Virus record (IMG/VR): IMGVR_UViG_3300032257_000006
Location: 14,953 to 78,952 of that record
Strand: one strand, 5' to 3'
DNA length: 64,000 nucleotides
Source: a virus
Taxonomy: Duplodnaviria > Caudoviricetes
Shown: positions 62,731 through 64,000 of the stretch, in pieces
Position numbering within the stretch: the stretch's first letter is position 1
Layout of the letters: each line of letters opens with the position of its first letter
The notes under the pieces: model-generated
The model's input: the letters and a program-made list of their open reading frames with translations, nothing else
Databases searched by the model: none
Told to the model about the DNA's origin: nothing
Position numbers and translations under genes: made by a program

Positions 62731-64000
62731 TTATGCTGCTCGTAGTTTAGCTCGCGCTTCCTGATGCTTGATAGCTTTTTCACATGAAGCCATGATCGCA
62801 TCATCAGACGGACGTACACCGATCTCATCAAGTCGTTGCCAATCAGGGCCGATAGATACATCAGCCTCCATTGGAATTGCATGACCAGGCGGTGTCAGCT
62901 CCATGATATCGATCAAACGATTTGTATAAGTAATCGCTTTAGATACTGGAACCGTTGACGCAACTTCATCGTAGATCGGAGCCAGTAAGATACTCTTCGT
63001 CTGCTCCATCAATTTAGTCTTATCAACCTGCGCTAATACTATTTTTAGTATGTCTGCAGCCGTGCCTTGAATAACAGCGTTAGCTGCTTGGCGTTCCATC
63101 CGTCTACGCACTGAGTTATCAGTAGAGAATATACGACTGCTCAAATGTCTGCGATTACCGTAAGCAGTTACAGTGTAACCGTGCTTTCTGCCGTAATCGC
63201 CCATCGCCTCCTGCCAAGGTTTGATGCCAGGATATAAGGCAAACGTACGATCCATAAATACTTCAGCTTCAGGTTGAGGGATTATTAAACGCTGTGCCAA
63301 TGTAAACGCAGTACCCAGATAAGCGATCAAGAAGTTTGTCTGCTTAGCTGGACGTTTACGAATCATCTGCATCTCTGCGTACAGCGGGTGCGTCTTGTCT
63401 TCAATGATAGCTTCGTAATCTGCGTAAGGCATACCTGCAATACCAGAACCTGTAAGACTGTGAATGTCCTTACGGTCATCTCCTATGTAAGCTGACATCA
63501 TTGTCTCGTCACCACATTCAGAAGCCAAGATACGTAGTTCTTGCTGACTGAAATCCGGCGCCACTATTACACGAGGTTCTTCATACGGTACCCAGATATT
63601 TTTACAAGGTTCAAACTTCTCTGAGTGAGCCAAGTACACACCGCGCATATCAGCATCTATCTGATGTTTGCTGACTGCTAGTATGTTTGGACTAGTTCCA
63701 GAAGGGCGTCGTGTTACGGTGCCACAGTTGCGTATCTGAGGGTGCATACGACCATCATCAGGGTGCTTCCATAATGGGTACTTCGTGTGATACATACTGC
63801 AGCGAGTCATCGACTCTTTACATTCCTTGATCGCTAGTAAGGTCTCGTAACGCCAATCTGTTTTAGGTACGTCATTAGCGAGGGCTATATCGACAGCTAA
63901 ACCATCAGTGCCTGGCGAACCTTCTAAGTTATACTTTTGACGGCCACTACCAAAGGTTACCTTAGAACGTAAGCGAGTCGGTAGCCCCATCATTGCGTAC
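62731..64000 (-). CDS. polA: family A DNA polymerase, C-terminal part (runs off the window edge)
   Basis: TRRPSGTSPNI, motif A DFSQQELRILA, motif B KQTNFLIAY, ANAVIQGTAADILK, motif C IYDE; frame open to the edge. Confidence 0.93.
   Translation of the reverse strand, partial: YAMMGLPTRLRSKVTFGSGRQKYNLEGSPGTDGLAVDIALANDVPKTDWRYETLLAIKECKESMTRCSMYHTKYPLWKHPDDGRMHPQIRNCGTVTRRPSGTSPNILAVSKHQIDADMRGVYLAHSEKFEPCKNIWVPYEEPRVIVAPDFSQQELRILASECGDETMMSAYIGDDRKDIHSLTGSGIAGMPYADYEAIIEDKTHPLYAEMQMIRKRPAKQTNFLIAYLGTAFTLAQRLIIPQPEAEVFMDRTFALYPGIKPWQEAMGDYGRKHGYTVTAYGNRRHLSSRIFSTDNSVRRRMERQAANAVIQGTAADILKIVLAQVDKTKLMEQTKSILLAPIYDEVASTVPVSKAITYTNRLIDIMELTPPGHAIPMEADVSIGPDWQRLDEIGVRPSDDAIMASCEKAIKHQEARAKLRAA

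Noticed and set aside
52969-64000. 2-aminoadenine (Z) genome system (MazZ/DpoZ)
   Set aside because: MazG-like and PolA genes alone are not diagnostic, and no purZ or datZ is visible in the window.
1-64000. Prophage or temperate lifestyle, or stop-codon reassignment
   Set aside because: No integrase, repressor or host genes are seen, and genes are full length under the standard code with all three stops used. Lifestyle cannot be settled from this partial genome.

Overview
This window is most of the genome of a tailed dsDNA bacteriophage (siphovirus-type, long non-contractile tail). The host is probably Gram-negative, given an embedded lipoprotein spanin, consensus sigma70 promoters and AGGAG ribosome-binding sites. 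There are three blocks. (1) 1-15.3 kb, minus strand: small, mostly unknown early genes (dNMP kinase, RadC/JAB fusion, Cys-rich Fe-S-like protein, lipoprotein zincin, several micro membrane proteins). It also holds several structured non-coding stretches and an origin/terminus-like kilobase at 13.3-14.3 kb. (2) 15.7-52.2 kb, plus strand: terminase, lambda-like head genes (portal, S49 protease/scaffold, decoration, capsid), tail genes and lysis cassette, with two large accessory virion-protein blocks, one of them between terL and portal. (3) 52.2-64 kb, minus strand: nucleotide metabolism, recombination and replication genes (MazG-like, ThyA, SbcCD, ATP-dependent ligase, RecU-like resolvase, J-domain protein, Dcd, DEDDh exonuclease, PolA cut by the window edge). 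No integrase, repressor, CRISPR array or reverse transcriptase is visible. Two signals are not explained by ordinary annotation. The first is at least 16 copies of a 16-bp palindrome (TTCGGAC-WW-GTCCGAA), mostly placed between the stop codon of one early gene and the RBS of the next, and not seen in the structural block. The second is an aberrant tRNA-like gene (4841-4958) with a 53-nt D-loop, ATT anticodon, tRNA-Thr-like body, no CCA and a 17-bp extended acceptor helix, lying among other long-helix non-coding elements. All calls come from reading the sequence and the ORF track; no database search was run.
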